From Leptolyngbyaceae cyanobacterium (GTDB taxonomy: Bacteria; Cyanobacteriota; Cyanobacteriia; Phormidesmidales; Phormidesmidaceae), in NCBI GenBank assembly GCA_965263355.1, contig CBDHHL010000032.1, forward strand, positions 960,001 through 1,024,000: a stretch of 64,000 bases of DNA, given 5' to 3'. Each line of letters starts with the position of its first letter. Within the stretch, counting starts at the first letter, position 1. The notes under the pieces were generated by a model. It saw only the letters and a program-made list of their open reading frames with translations, was not told where the DNA came from and made no database searches. Both the position numbers and the translations under genes were made by a program. Below are positions 48,363 through 60,242 of this stretch, in pieces.

Positions 48363-50009
48363 ATGGTCAGCACGTTTATAAATTCTGTTGTTAATTCTGC
48401 AGTTAGGTTAAGTCCCCAATCCTTGAATGCAGCGGCTCCTGTTCAACTATGGCCCAGTGATTCTTTAGATGCTATTGAAACCGTTATCCGCACTGTTTAC
48501 AAACAGGTCTTGGGCAACGCCCATGTGATGGAAAGTGAACGAGCCGCTGTTGCCGATGCGGAGTCAAAATTGCAGAATCATACTATCACTGTGCGAGGCT
48601 TTATTCGTCAGATTGCCAAATCCGAACTATACCGCACCCGCTTTTTTGAGCCTTGTTCCCGCAATCGTTTTATCGAACTGAACTTTAAACATCTCTTAGG
48701 CCGCGCGCCCGATAGCTACAACGATATTGCTGACCACAGCAATCTGCTGGAATCGACAGGCTTTGAGGCCGAAATCGACTCCTACTTGGACAGTGACGAA
48801 TATCATCAGGCTTTTGGGGAAAACACGGTGCCTTATTACCGGGGGCACAAATCCCCCATTGGGCAGAAAGTGGCTGGTTTTGTCAATCTCTTAAAACTTC
48901 TGCGCGGCAATGTTAGCAGCGATAATAATCCCATTTATTATCAGTCCCAAGCACAACTTACCCAGGCTTTAATGGCTGATAAGGTGGGTGGCGCGATCGC
49001 ACCACTCAGTTCTCCCCCTATTCACACGTCCACATTCCTACAGCAAGAGCCAGAACCCACACCGGAACAGCTAGCCTCCCAGCAAATCTTTAAGGGCTAT
49101 GAACCTTTCCGTCAAACAGCTCCGGTCGAACTCTTACCGGGTGCGTCGGCAGAAGAAACAGATGTTGTTATTCGAGCCGTTTATCGCCAGGTTATGGGCA
49201 ATGCCCACATTATGGAAAGTGAGCGTTTAGTAGTCCCCGAGTCTCAGCTCAAACATGGTGAGCTGAGCGTTCGTGAATTTGTGCGTAAGCTCGCTAAGTC
49301 TGAGCTTTACCAGTCCCGATTTACCGACTGCTATCGCTACCGAGCCATGGAGCTTAACTTCAAACACTTACTGGGTCGTGCTCCTCAGAACTTCGCAGAA
49401 ATGAAAGCTCACAGTGCCATTCTGGATACAGAGGGCTATGAAGCTGACATCGATAGCTACATTGACAGCGATGAATATAATGATGCCTTTGGCGAAAACA
49501 TCGTCCCCTACTATCGCGGCTACAATAGCGCCCCAGGCCAAACCATGGTGGAATTTACCAACATGTTGCAGCTGCTTAAGAGTGCATCTAGCAGCGACAA
49601 GGATCTAACCGACAACCGACCACGGGTAGCTAATGGGTTATTGCCCTATCAAGACCTGAAGGTCACTAAGCCTCGTGACGCTCAAGAGATTTTGGCAGAG
49701 GTCTTTACCTTCGCTCCAAAGGCTACAACAACATCGGTTGCCCCAACGCCAGAACCTCAGGAAAGTGAACAGGATATGCTAATTGCCAAACTACAACAGC
49801 AATTAGCTGAACTACGCACCTCTGCAAGTATTGGTGCATCTATTCTTAGAAAAGGAACACAGCCTAAAACAGTTCTTAGTGGACAAGTTAGCTCTTCCCA
49901 ACAAACTGACGAAAAAGCAGCTTTGATTGAACGGTTACAAGGCGAGCTGATGGAAGCTCGATCCCTGGCAGCCATTGGAGAAGCTCGTCTGAATAGATGG
50001 CGACGTTAG
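48363..50009 (+). CDS. Phycobilisome rod linker with two tandem linker domains and a duplicated C-terminal helix
   Basis: Two copies of [55 protein letters not shown]. Confidence 0.92.
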   Translation: MVSTFINSVVNSAVRLSPQSLNAAAPVQLWPSDSLDAIETVIRTVYKQVLGNAHVMESERAAVADAESKLQNHTITVRGFIRQIAKSELYRTRFFEPCSRNRFIELNFKHLLGRAPDSYNDIADHSNLLESTGFEAEIDSYLDSDEYHQAFGENTVPYYRGHKSPIGQKVAGFVNLLKLLRGNVSSDNNPIYYQSQAQLTQALMADKVGGAIAPLSSPPIHTSTFLQQEPEPTPEQLASQQIFKGYEPFRQTAPVELLPGASAEETDVVIRAVYRQVMGNAHIMESERLVVPESQLKHGELSVREFVRKLAKSELYQSRFTDCYRYRAMELNFKHLLGRAPQNFAEMKAHSAILDTEGYEADIDSYIDSDEYNDAFGENIVPYYRGYNSAPGQTMVEFTNMLQLLKSASSSDKDLTDNRPRVANGLLPYQDLKVTKPRDAQEILAEVFTFAPKATTTSVAPTPEPQESEQDMLIAKLQQQLAELRTSASIGASILRKGTQPKTVLSGQVSSSQQTDEKAALIERLQGELMEARSLAAIGEARLNRWRR

Positions 50010-50056
50010 GTATCCCCTTATTTCCATAAGGATTATCTAAAATTGAATCAATAGCT

Positions 50057-50087
50057 AAAAGGAGCTTGAAATTCTCAAGCTCCTTTT
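50057..50087. terminator. Bidirectional intrinsic terminator
   Basis: AAAAGGAGCTTGA-AATTC-TCAAGCTCCTTTT between convergent genes. Confidence 0.85.
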
Positions 50088-50186
50088 GACTTTTTTAACA
50101 CTCAGCCATGTTATTGAAAGTGGTTACCAATGATAATTCGTGAGTTTGCAAATGTCATCTCAGCCACTATCACATTAAATTTGGCC

Positions 50187-50927
50187 TTAGATTTTTAACC
50201 AACCAAACCAGGATAAGACGACAGCCAACACTCCACTAGCAAGGACTAGAGCACCTGTTACTGTGATAACAGCACCAACTTTTCGTAGTCCTTCTGGAGG
50301 GAGACCATCGCCAAACAGAAAATCACCAGTGGCAGAGAAGTTATTGCCTAATGCAGTAAGCTGCTCTAAATGGTCGTTACCGTAGCGAGGCATGCGTTCA
50401 AATGGGATCTCACCCATAGTCTGCTGAGGTAGAATGCGTCGCCGTTGATAGGGCACCGTATCTTCCCCAAAGTTGTCCAGGTACTCATTGCTATTGAGCA
50501 ATGCATCCACAAATCCTTGGATTCCCTCGGTAGCCAACACAATTGACCAGGCCAAAGTCTCACGCTGATTGTAAACCTGACGACCCAAAACCCGCTGAAC
50601 GCACATATCAACAAAGCGATAGTTGTTGCTGCATTCATAATTAAGACGTCTAAAGGATTCAGAGAGCAGCAGGCCACGAATGAATTCTCGTACGGATATC
50701 TGGGAGCTACGCAGCTGGGATTCTAAAAAGCGAGCGCGATGACATAATAAAAGCTGCTGTTCATTAAAAATGCGGCGATAGGCAGCCAAAACTAGAGCTT
50801 CAAGCTCCTGGGCATCAGGTAGTGACTCAGTGGAAAAGATACGAGGCTGTTCATCACCAGGAATTTCAAAACCTTTTACACGCTGGTTTTGACAAGTGGT
50901 GGGATAGCTTAACAAAGGCAAGGTCAT
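50187..50927 (-). CDS. cpcL: CpcL-type (CpcG2) rod-membrane linker
   Basis: MTLPLLSY..QNQRV.GFEI..DEQPR CpcG N-terminus, VPYQRRR, and a hydrophobic C-terminal TM (VGAVITVTGALVLASGVLAVVLSWFGW). Confidence 0.88.
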   Translation of the reverse strand: MTLPLLSYPTTCQNQRVKGFEIPGDEQPRIFSTESLPDAQELEALVLAAYRRIFNEQQLLLCHRARFLESQLRSSQISVREFIRGLLLSESFRRLNYECSNNYRFVDMCVQRVLGRQVYNQRETLAWSIVLATEGIQGFVDALLNSNEYLDNFGEDTVPYQRRRILPQQTMGEIPFERMPRYGNDHLEQLTALGNNFSATGDFLFGDGLPPEGLRKVGAVITVTGALVLASGVLAVVLSWFGWLKI

Positions 50928-51418
50928 CGGGTTCAAATCCTTTTGTTAGGGCAATGCCATGGAAAAAACTGCAGGGTAGCCGTGACAACTACCCAAAATG
51001 CAGTTATATATGGAGTTCTCGTCCTCCGTCAATTCTTATCTTATGAATACGAGGGAATCTCCCAGAAAAACTCGTACAAAAACTCAATCAAACAATATAA
51101 AAGTCAACACTCTTCTAATTAACCCTAAACACCTTTTGATAGCTAACATTCAGCTTTGTCACAACACTAAAGAGCTGAGTGTTATTGGGACTGAGATAAA
51201 CACTTAATTCTTCTACGAATAAACAATATCTGCAATATCTGAGAAAGCATAGTCATTAATCTGAGAAACTTTAATACCCTGTTACCATTAGCAGCAAGAG
51301 TGCTTATTCATAGTATTTGTGAAACCAGCACAGCTGTAGGTCTTTCTGAGTGGATCATTGGCCTGGTTCTATAGCCCATTTTTAACCAGTCAAACACTCG
51401 GACATGCCCAAATAAAAC

Positions 51419-51449
51419 AAACCTGGAGACTCTTACAAATCTCCAGGTT
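51419..51449 (-). terminator. cpeBA (left copy) terminator hairpin
   Basis: AACCTGGAGA-loop-TCTCCAGGTT, with a T-tract on the minus strand. Confidence 0.8.
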
Positions 51450-51518
51450 CTGACTAACTAAATGTAGCCAAGCTCTTAATCGTAATCAGACCTGTAAGCA
51501 ACTAGTCGCAATCAGCCC

Positions 51519-52052
<534 letters not shown>

Positions 52053-52085
52053 TCAGAACAATCTCACTTAGTCGTCAAGCGGTGA

Positions 52086-52655
<570 letters not shown>

Positions 52656-52758
52656 TCAAAAACATATCTTGTAAGTTCTTGAGTTAACCGCCATAGCAGT
52701 TCGGTTAACTACGTAACAAACATAGGAAATGGAGGTTCTTTAAGTCCTTGATATTGAG

Positions 52759-52780
52759 AACAAAGCAACATTCCGTTACA
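52759..52780 (-). promoter_or_regulatory. 22-bp element conserved upstream of both cpeB copies
   Basis: TGTAACGGAATGTTGCTTTGTT (minus), identical at 58127-58148, while flanks differ. Confidence 0.75.
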
Positions 52781-52888
52781 TAAAACTTATTTAACTGACA
52801 TTGGCAAGAGCAAACTAATGACAAACGGCGAATCAGCCGTAAGAATAGATGGGTATAGAACATTTGATTTTGAAAAAAGACTACTGCT

Positions 52889-53134
52889 ATGACTAGCTCT
52901 ACTGATACGGCTGCTCCCCAGACCAGCATCGAAGAAATTACAGAACTGATTACTGAGTTTGAAAAGTATCGTGAGCGCTTGATGAGTGAGACTCTGGACG
53001 CCGCTAAAAAAGCAAAAATGCCCAAGAAAGAAACCATGGCAAGATTGGAGCCTGAGTTAACCAAAATTGATGCGGCGCTGACACAGCTACGGGCTCAGCT
53101 CGCTACTTTGCAATCTGAGGCAACTGCTGAATAG
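52889..53134 (+). CDS. Small coiled-coil protein in the phycoerythrin cluster
   Basis: 81 aa, helical (ITEFEKYRERL..AKKAKMPKKE..LEPELTKIDAAL), upstream of cpeF. Confidence 0.8.
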   Translation: MTSSTDTAAPQTSIEEITELITEFEKYRERLMSETLDAAKKAKMPKKETMARLEPELTKIDAALTQLRAQLATLQSEATAE

Positions 53135-53291
53135 GGTAGGTCGGCTCTGTACCTGAAGTTTGTCAGGAGTTGATGCCTCTCGACTCTTCACTCCTTGCCC
53201 TTAGTGTTTCTAACCTTGATATTTGACAGTCCACCAGACTGATGTTTAGTTTTATTGGATGTTTGGATAGGCGCACTCAGGAATAGCAGAT

Positions 53292-54191
53292 ATGAGTACT
53301 GGTTTAATGGACGAAGCAAAGCAGCAAGCGGCAACGGACCAGCTTGTCCAACGGGTGAATGAACAAATTGATTTGCTCTCATTTGATGAGTCAGACCAGG
53401 ACACCCTCCGGCAGTTGGTAGAAAGTTTCTCTGATAAGCGTGGCATGATGCGGCTACGCATTGCTGAAACTCTGGGTCAGATTGGGGAACCGGCTACGCC
53501 TGTGTTGGTGGATGCGCTGGCAAACCATCCCAATGAGGTTGTCCGTCGTGCCTGCGCAAAAACGTTGACATTGATTGCAGATCCCACGGCTATTCCCACT
53601 CTGGTCAATTCATTTCTCAATGATAGCGATACGGTGGTTCAGGGCTCCTCAGTGGGGGCTTTAGCCAGAACCGGACGGCCTGCTGCGCCGAAATTACTAG
53701 AGATTTTAGAAGCGCCTAGTCATCCTGAAACAATTAAAGGTCATGCAGCTTGGGCACTGGCTTTTATGGGGTCTGAGGCTAAAGATTTGCTGTTGCAGGC
53801 ACTGAATTCTGAGTCAGAAGCAGTACGAGCTGCCGTGGTGGGTGCGATCGCAAAAGTTGCTCAAGAAGAAGCTAACCCTGAAAATTTTGACATTTTGATC
53901 AATGCCCTGGACGACGATGCCGAAATTGTTCGCTGTGAAGCGGCGGCTGTGCTGGGTAATCTAGCCCACCAACCGGCTATCCCTACGTTGTTACCGCTAT
54001 TGAACCACGCCAGCGCAGAAACCCGTAAATCAGCAGTTTTAGCAATCATGAAAATCGGCCAGGTGAATACCATCGAAGCCTTGAAAACAGCTATGGCCAA
54101 GGAAACCGATGACGGCCTGAAACCCATCTTTAATCTAGCCATTAGCCAAATCCAGAAAAAGTCTACCGCTAACGATGATGACTGGGATTGA
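53292..54191 (+). CDS. cpeF: E/F-clan HEAT-repeat bilin lyase, CpeF/MpeV family
   Basis: RGMMRLRIAETLGQIGEPATP..HPNEVVRRACAKTLTLIADP..GHAAWALAF; PE cluster context. Confidence 0.8.
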   Translation: MSTGLMDEAKQQAATDQLVQRVNEQIDLLSFDESDQDTLRQLVESFSDKRGMMRLRIAETLGQIGEPATPVLVDALANHPNEVVRRACAKTLTLIADPTAIPTLVNSFLNDSDTVVQGSSVGALARTGRPAAPKLLEILEAPSHPETIKGHAAWALAFMGSEAKDLLLQALNSESEAVRAAVVGAIAKVAQEEANPENFDILINALDDDAEIVRCEAAAVLGNLAHQPAIPTLLPLLNHASAETRKSAVLAIMKIGQVNTIEALKTAMAKETDDGLKPIFNLAISQIQKKSTANDDDWD

Positions 54192-54486
54192 CGATCAAAA
54201 TCCATTACGCACGCAGCTAGCAAATGACCTTAATAACTCAGAGTGGCTCCAAAAATTTAAGGCCATTAATCAACTGTTGCACAGCCTTAAGGCTGAGATT
54301 ACAGAGATTCAAAGCTGTGACCTTAAATGGGATACCAGTAGCAACGGCTTGGTAATTCATTGCCCATCTGCTGATACTGCCCAAAAATTACAGTTGCAAC
54401 AGCATCAGATCATTGCTATTGCAGAATATGCAAACTGCATCACATTAGTTCCCCCTGGTAGCTCAGCTATAATCCTTAAGGCATAA
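54175..54486 (+). CDS. Hypothetical protein
   Basis: 103-aa ORF overlapping the cpeF stop, same strand. Confidence 0.55.
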   Translation: MMTGIDDQNPLRTQLANDLNNSEWLQKFKAINQLLHSLKAEITEIQSCDLKWDTSSNGLVIHCPSADTAQKLQLQQHQIIAIAEYANCITLVPPGSSAIILKA

Positions 54487-54530
54487 ATGCTTTATGCTGT
54501 CGTCAAACTTAGGATGCTACATTATTCAAC

Positions 54531-54731
54531 ATGAAAAATTATCGTCAGGCTCTCGATGAGGTTTTTCAACTAGAAAAAACCGGTGGCTTTCACTATACCC
54601 ATCAAGTCAAAACTTTAATTGAGAATGCTAAACAAGCGCGCCAATGGAAATCCCTTCTGAGGACACCGCCCTATCAATGGCGCACTGTTCTTAGGGACAC
54701 AAAATATGTACTCGATCAGCTTGAGTCCTAA
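54531..54731 (+). CDS. Hypothetical small protein
   Basis: 66-aa ATG ORF filling the gap to cpeZ. Confidence 0.45.
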   Translation: MKNYRQALDEVFQLEKTGGFHYTHQVKTLIENAKQARQWKSLLRTPPYQWRTVLRDTKYVLDQLES

Positions 54732-55339
54732 CTCTCTGAACGACGGGAGAAGTTCCGTACCATTTCCATACGGGATAACGCGCTGGTGGCTGTTTCTTTC
54801 ACATAGCCATCCACTGATTCATCCTCAGACAGCTTTTGGAGCACCCCAGCAGCCTTTTCTCCTCCCACGGAAGCCAGGGCATTCACAATAGACACTGAGA
54901 GAGCCAAATTCTCAGTCGTTTGCAATGTCTCCAGCAAAATATCCAGCGCAGCGTCCCCAATTTCACCTAGGGCCATAGCTGAGGCAATATGCACAACCGG
55001 ATTAGGATCGTTAAGAGACTGTTTGAGCCCCTGCAATCCTAACTCTGGAAACGGTTCATTAGGAAAATTGAGGGCAACCTGTGCTAAAGCCTTAGCACAA
55101 CTGCCACGCACAGTCACATTCTCACTGTTGCCCAAAGCTTCTACAATCGCAGGAACAGCGTCTGCACCCACCGCCCCCAGGGTTTTAACCGCTGCACGGC
55201 GATAAACAGTGTCTTCAGCATCCAGAGCTGCCATCAGTCGAGGAATCGTTGTATCGTCACGGTTGTCAATGATATCCACCATGGCCCGCTCACGGATGTG
55301 GGGGTTGGGATGCTTCAGCTGATCAAAAAAGGAGTCCAT
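54728..55339 (-). CDS. cpeZ: Phycoerythrin lyase chaperone CpeZ
   Basis: LKHPNPHIRERAM..YRRAAVKTLG..VRGSCAKALAQV..DPNPVVHIAS; downstream of cpeY. Confidence 0.9.
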   Translation of the reverse strand: MDSFFDQLKHPNPHIRERAMVDIIDNRDDTTIPRLMAALDAEDTVYRRAAVKTLGAVGADAVPAIVEALGNSENVTVRGSCAKALAQVALNFPNEPFPELGLQGLKQSLNDPNPVVHIASAMALGEIGDAALDILLETLQTTENLALSVSIVNALASVGGEKAAGVLQKLSEDESVDGYVKETATSALSRMEMVRNFSRRSES

Positions 55340-55464
55340 GGATTTCTTAAGATACGAATTATCAATGAATCAATTCTCTTCTTAAAAGAGAATTTTAGGG
55401 GGGAGCGTACTCACCGTCCACCATAGGGTGAGCAATGCCAATCTTGCAAAGACATGGAAATTAA

Positions 55465-56742
55465 TCAAACCTTAGCCATTGAAAGATTCGCCTTTGCCCG
55501 TACCGCCCAATCATTGGCATCCAATAGCAATTTATGTTGACTGTAATCCCCTAATTTTTCCAGGGCCATCAACGATGCATACTGCAACATCCAAATTTTA
55601 CTGTGGGCACTGGCCTGCAACGCCTCAATGGCTCGCGAATCTTCTAACTCTCCCAAGGATAACGCTGCTGCCGCCCGTGATTTCATAAATTGAGGCGAGG
55701 TATTATTAAGGGCCTCTAATAACAAATTATAGGCAGGCTGATGTTTGAGCCACCCCATGAGCTTCATCACATGGTAATGAGCACCATAGTCGTTATGGGC
55801 TTCGGCTTCATAGGTAGCAAACAGAGCAGCCGGTGCGGTATCCGCCTGCTGTTCAATAAAGGTTTGAATAGCGAGGTAAGTACGACCAAAATCAGTTTGG
55901 TACAGTTCTTGCACCAAAAACTCCAGGGATGGAGGCTGATCATATTCGTGAACCAGGTCTAAATCCTGGGGATGATCCCATAGAATTTGCTCAATCACCG
56001 GCAAAACGTCTTCTAGCGTTACCTCACTAGCGGCCATACCACTTTCTGCCAAGGCGCGCACTGCTCGTAGCCGGAACATTAGCGAAATGGGACAGCGGGC
56101 AATGGCCGGAATGGCCGGATAATACTGGGAATTAATTAAATCTTCGAGACAGGCTCGGCGGGCATTTACACTATCGCTCTGGAGAAACGCCACTACCCGA
56201 TCAATCTGGCTAAAGTCTCGATTAAACCGACATACGGTTGCGATCGCAGCACTGGCCGTCGGCTCATCTTCAGCATCCATAAAGGGGCTTACCCGCTCCA
56301 CCGCTGCACCATAATCCAATTTCACCAGCGTATGGATAATGACTCTATACGTTTGGTTTGGCTTTCCTAGCAACTGAGCAATGTCTTCTAAAATCTCTTT
56401 ATGCTCAGTGCCAATCTCACCAATGGCCCACACAGCAGACTCTACGGTGTAGCGATCTTCATCAGACAAGCAGGCCCGAATCGTATCCAGACTACGCGAA
56501 GCTTTTAATTTACCCAACGTCTCGACTGATTTACGTCGGGTAATACGATTGTCCAACGAGTCGTAAGTAGTATTGACCGCTCGAATCAGAGCATCAATAG
56601 AAGCCTCCGATGGATAATTCGCCAATTGAGAAGCTGCAATATAGCGCTCACTCTCATCCTCAGCTTGCTCGGGTGGGGTATCTAGCAGCGCAATACACTG
56701 CTCTTCTGTTAAACCAAAAATATTGGCAAAACGCTTATCCAT
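55465..56742 (-). CDS. cpeY: Phycoerythrobilin lyase CpeY
   Basis: MDKRF.NIFGLTEE..RYIAASQL..DLVHEYDQ..NDYGAHYHV; directly downstream of cpeA. Confidence 0.92.
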   Translation of the reverse strand: MDKRFANIFGLTEEQCIALLDTPPEQAEDESERYIAASQLANYPSEASIDALIRAVNTTYDSLDNRITRRKSVETLGKLKASRSLDTIRACLSDEDRYTVESAVWAIGEIGTEHKEILEDIAQLLGKPNQTYRVIIHTLVKLDYGAAVERVSPFMDAEDEPTASAAIATVCRFNRDFSQIDRVVAFLQSDSVNARRACLEDLINSQYYPAIPAIARCPISLMFRLRAVRALAESGMAASEVTLEDVLPVIEQILWDHPQDLDLVHEYDQPPSLEFLVQELYQTDFGRTYLAIQTFIEQQADTAPAALFATYEAEAHNDYGAHYHVMKLMGWLKHQPAYNLLLEALNNTSPQFMKSRAAAALSLGELEDSRAIEALQASAHSKIWMLQYASLMALEKLGDYSQHKLLLDANDWAVRAKANLSMAKV

Positions 56743-56811
56743 GGAATTGTTGCAATTATCTTATGGGTGTCGTTGGCTAACGCCAAAAGGAGACGTTGCC
56801 ACACATTACAA

Positions 56812-56844
56812 CAAACCTGGAGACTCCGAAGAATCTCCAGGTTT
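56812..56844 (-). terminator. cpeBA (right copy) terminator or stabilising hairpin before cpeY
   Basis: AAACCTGGAGA-loop-TCTCCAGGTTT. Confidence 0.8.
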
Positions 56845-56888
56845 AGACTAACTAAACGTAGTCAAGCAATGAATCGAGTAATCAGCCC

Positions 56889-57422
<534 letters not shown>

Positions 57423-57455
57423 TCAGAACAATCTCACTTAGTCGTCAAGCGGTGA

Positions 57456-58028
<573 letters not shown>

Positions 58029-58126
58029 TTAAAAACTTTTCGGTGGTGACAACAAACTCGTTTTGTTTGCGTTTATCACCATAAAGACAATAGAGAATCG
58101 TGGTTACCTCTGTCCCAATTAGCGAA

Positions 58127-58148
58127 AACAAAGCAACATTCCGTTACA
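58127..58148 (-). promoter_or_regulatory. 22-bp element conserved upstream of both cpeB copies
   Basis: Identical to 52759-52780; 117 versus 119 nt from the ATG. Confidence 0.75.
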
Positions 58149-58284
58149 AGAGGCACAGTTTTCTAATTTTCAGATTCTCACTCTCAATATCTTCCTTCTG
58201 CTAAGTATGATGCCTTAACCTGGAAAGCATTGACAGTAATAGCCTATAAAACTTTTTATCGGTGCTCAGACACAAGAGTCGCCC

Positions 58285-58590
58285 CTAGGCTCGCTCATCA
58301 AATCGTGTATGAAAACTACCGTACTTGATCCAATATTGCTGCAAGTCATGGTGGGGAGTATGTAGGCTGGCCTTAGCGCGATATAAAACTACCCGTCGGT
58401 GATTACCAATCCAAATCTTCTTGATGGGTTCTACGCAAATTAATGTCCCCCCTAAGGCTTTCAAGCAATCCTGAAACTTTTCCACTGTTGAATACTCAAC
58501 GGTTTCAAAAATAAAAAAATTACCCGAACGAATCAGGTGGCGACTACGGATCCACGATTTCATCTTTTTTTGCGCTTGGGGAGGAAGCAT
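58285..58590 (-). CDS. cpeR: Phycoerythrin operon regulator CpeR
   Basis: MLPPQAQKKMKSWIRSRHLI.SGNFFIFET..YWIKYGSF.TRFD; follows cpeT. Confidence 0.9.
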   Translation of the reverse strand: MLPPQAQKKMKSWIRSRHLIRSGNFFIFETVEYSTVEKFQDCLKALGGTLICVEPIKKIWIGNHRRVVLYRAKASLHTPHHDLQQYWIKYGSFHTRFDERA

Positions 58591-58654
58591 GGAAATCCGA
58601 ATCGTGTTGAGGTCTTTTAGCTCTAAATCTGGGTCCGTATCGGTTTCAAAGTCT

Positions 58655-59269
58655 TCAGAAAGGTAGTTCATTATCAAAACTGGCACGCTTACGGAACTTT
58701 AAAATCCCCTCAGTCGAGCCCCACACATATTCATCTGTTTCAATATCCATGCCCTGATCGATACTCAGCCATGTGCTTTCAGTAATCTCCACATGGCTGG
58801 TGAGATAGGTCATCTTGCCTTCTTTGGGAATAATGCAAGCCTTACCCGGTTCCACGTTACCGATAAACGTATCGCCCTCACGCTTGAACACCATCGAACA
58901 GCCTTCTCGACGTTCGATACAGTCGGGGGTAATGGTTTTTAGCACATCTAAATTATGGCCAGCGCCGGCATAAAGTAACCGATCCTTGAGGCCATAATTC
59001 TCAATATAAACATGGTCTCCCCTATCAACAAGACGATGTACACCTTGCCGGTATGGACTCCATAGGTCATAATCTTGAGTCTGTTCAGAATATAGCCCCA
59101 CACCGGAGAAAAAATCATAGGGAAGCGGACGAAAAAAAATTCGAATGTGGGCGAACTTTTTAGGATCCTCAAATGCTTGATGTTGATTACTAAAGTCCCC
59201 GGACATCCAACGAGCGAGGCTGATAAAATCCTGTGAGTAAAAAACATCAGCATTGCCAGAAAGCACCAT
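58655..59269 (-). CDS. cpeT: T-type bilin lyase CpeT
   Basis: LARWMSGDFSNQHQA..FAHIRIFFRPLP..YSEQ..PYRQ..VWGS. Confidence 0.92.
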   Translation of the reverse strand: MVLSGNADVFYSQDFISLARWMSGDFSNQHQAFEDPKKFAHIRIFFRPLPYDFFSGVGLYSEQTQDYDLWSPYRQGVHRLVDRGDHVYIENYGLKDRLLYAGAGHNLDVLKTITPDCIERREGCSMVFKREGDTFIGNVEPGKACIIPKEGKMTYLTSHVEITESTWLSIDQGMDIETDEYVWGSTEGILKFRKRASFDNELPF

Positions 59270-59479
59270 TTCTTAAAATTCTTAATTTACTTGAATTTAT
59301 TCTTTTTCAATCAGACGAGAATTGTACGCAGTGGACTGTTGAAAGCTTACCAGCGCGAACATATTAGGTTCCAGCAATCCTGTTACCACCCTATGGTCTC
59401 TAGTGTACGCAAGCAGCAAGGATAGATGCCAGGATTATGGGCGATCGCACCACAGATTATCAACATTCGATGACGGAAT

Positions 59480-60010
59480 TTAGCTGGTTGTGACCCCACG
59501 CCTGACTTCAGACGAAAAGCTGGCCGTGGTTACGCCTTTACCGCTACTGGTTTTAATCAATGACACCCGAAAGCGCAGGTTGGGAGTCGCAAACCAAATC
59601 TTTTCTTCTGCCGCTGCCCGGTCATAGGCCGTAGTCAAAATAAAGGTACCGTCATCGGTGAGACGGTAGGACCCCATGGACTCCATAGTCTCTGCATATC
59701 CCTGTTCTCGCAGTAACTTTCCTGTCGTTGCACTCTCAGGTACAGGAATCAAAATCGTTGAACCTGCCAGGACCTCATCTTCGTCCCAATCAGACTCCCC
59801 TTCCCAACTCATTTTGAATGGACTGACTATGCTCTTAAGAGAAACCTCATACTGTTGACATAGATCCAACACCCCTGGCGCATCCATTGTCAGGGCTTCG
59901 ATATTAATGTTGGAGCGGACTTCCTCAAAATGACCAAAGGCTAAGTGATGGGCGCTACGTTGGGATCTCCATTCTCCAATTGAGCGTTCAACAAAGGTTT
60001 CAATATCCAT
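59480..60010 (-). CDS. cpeS: S-type bilin lyase CpeS
   Basis: MDIETFVERSIGEWRSQRSAHHLAF..LLREQGYAE..AAEEKIWFATPNLRFRVS. Confidence 0.92.
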   Translation of the reverse strand: MDIETFVERSIGEWRSQRSAHHLAFGHFEEVRSNINIEALTMDAPGVLDLCQQYEVSLKSIVSPFKMSWEGESDWDEDEVLAGSTILIPVPESATTGKLLREQGYAETMESMGSYRLTDDGTFILTTAYDRAAAEEKIWFATPNLRFRVSLIKTSSGKGVTTASFSSEVRRGVTTS

Positions 60011-60242
60011 TGAGGTAAATTTTTTTGAATCAGCTTCTGATTTTATAGCGTCGCCCCCACAGGTCACAACACCATTGCTCGCTGAAAGCCTTATCCAAGT
60101 AGTATCAATCCGAACAAAGCACCTTCCACGATTAAGCGCCTAAACTCCTGAACTATAACCGTGGAAGAGACTTATATCTAGTTAGTCGTCCGCCCTAGCC
60201 TAAATGTTTGAGTTTGACAGACTACTAGTCAAGAACATTTGC

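Noticed and set aside
50937..51400. CcaR G-box upstream of cpcL
   Set aside because: No convincing CTTTCCGATTT-type direct repeat seen
55399..55440. REP-like hairpin between cpeY and cpeZ
   Set aside because: Too degenerate to assign; may simply be an mRNA-stabilising stem
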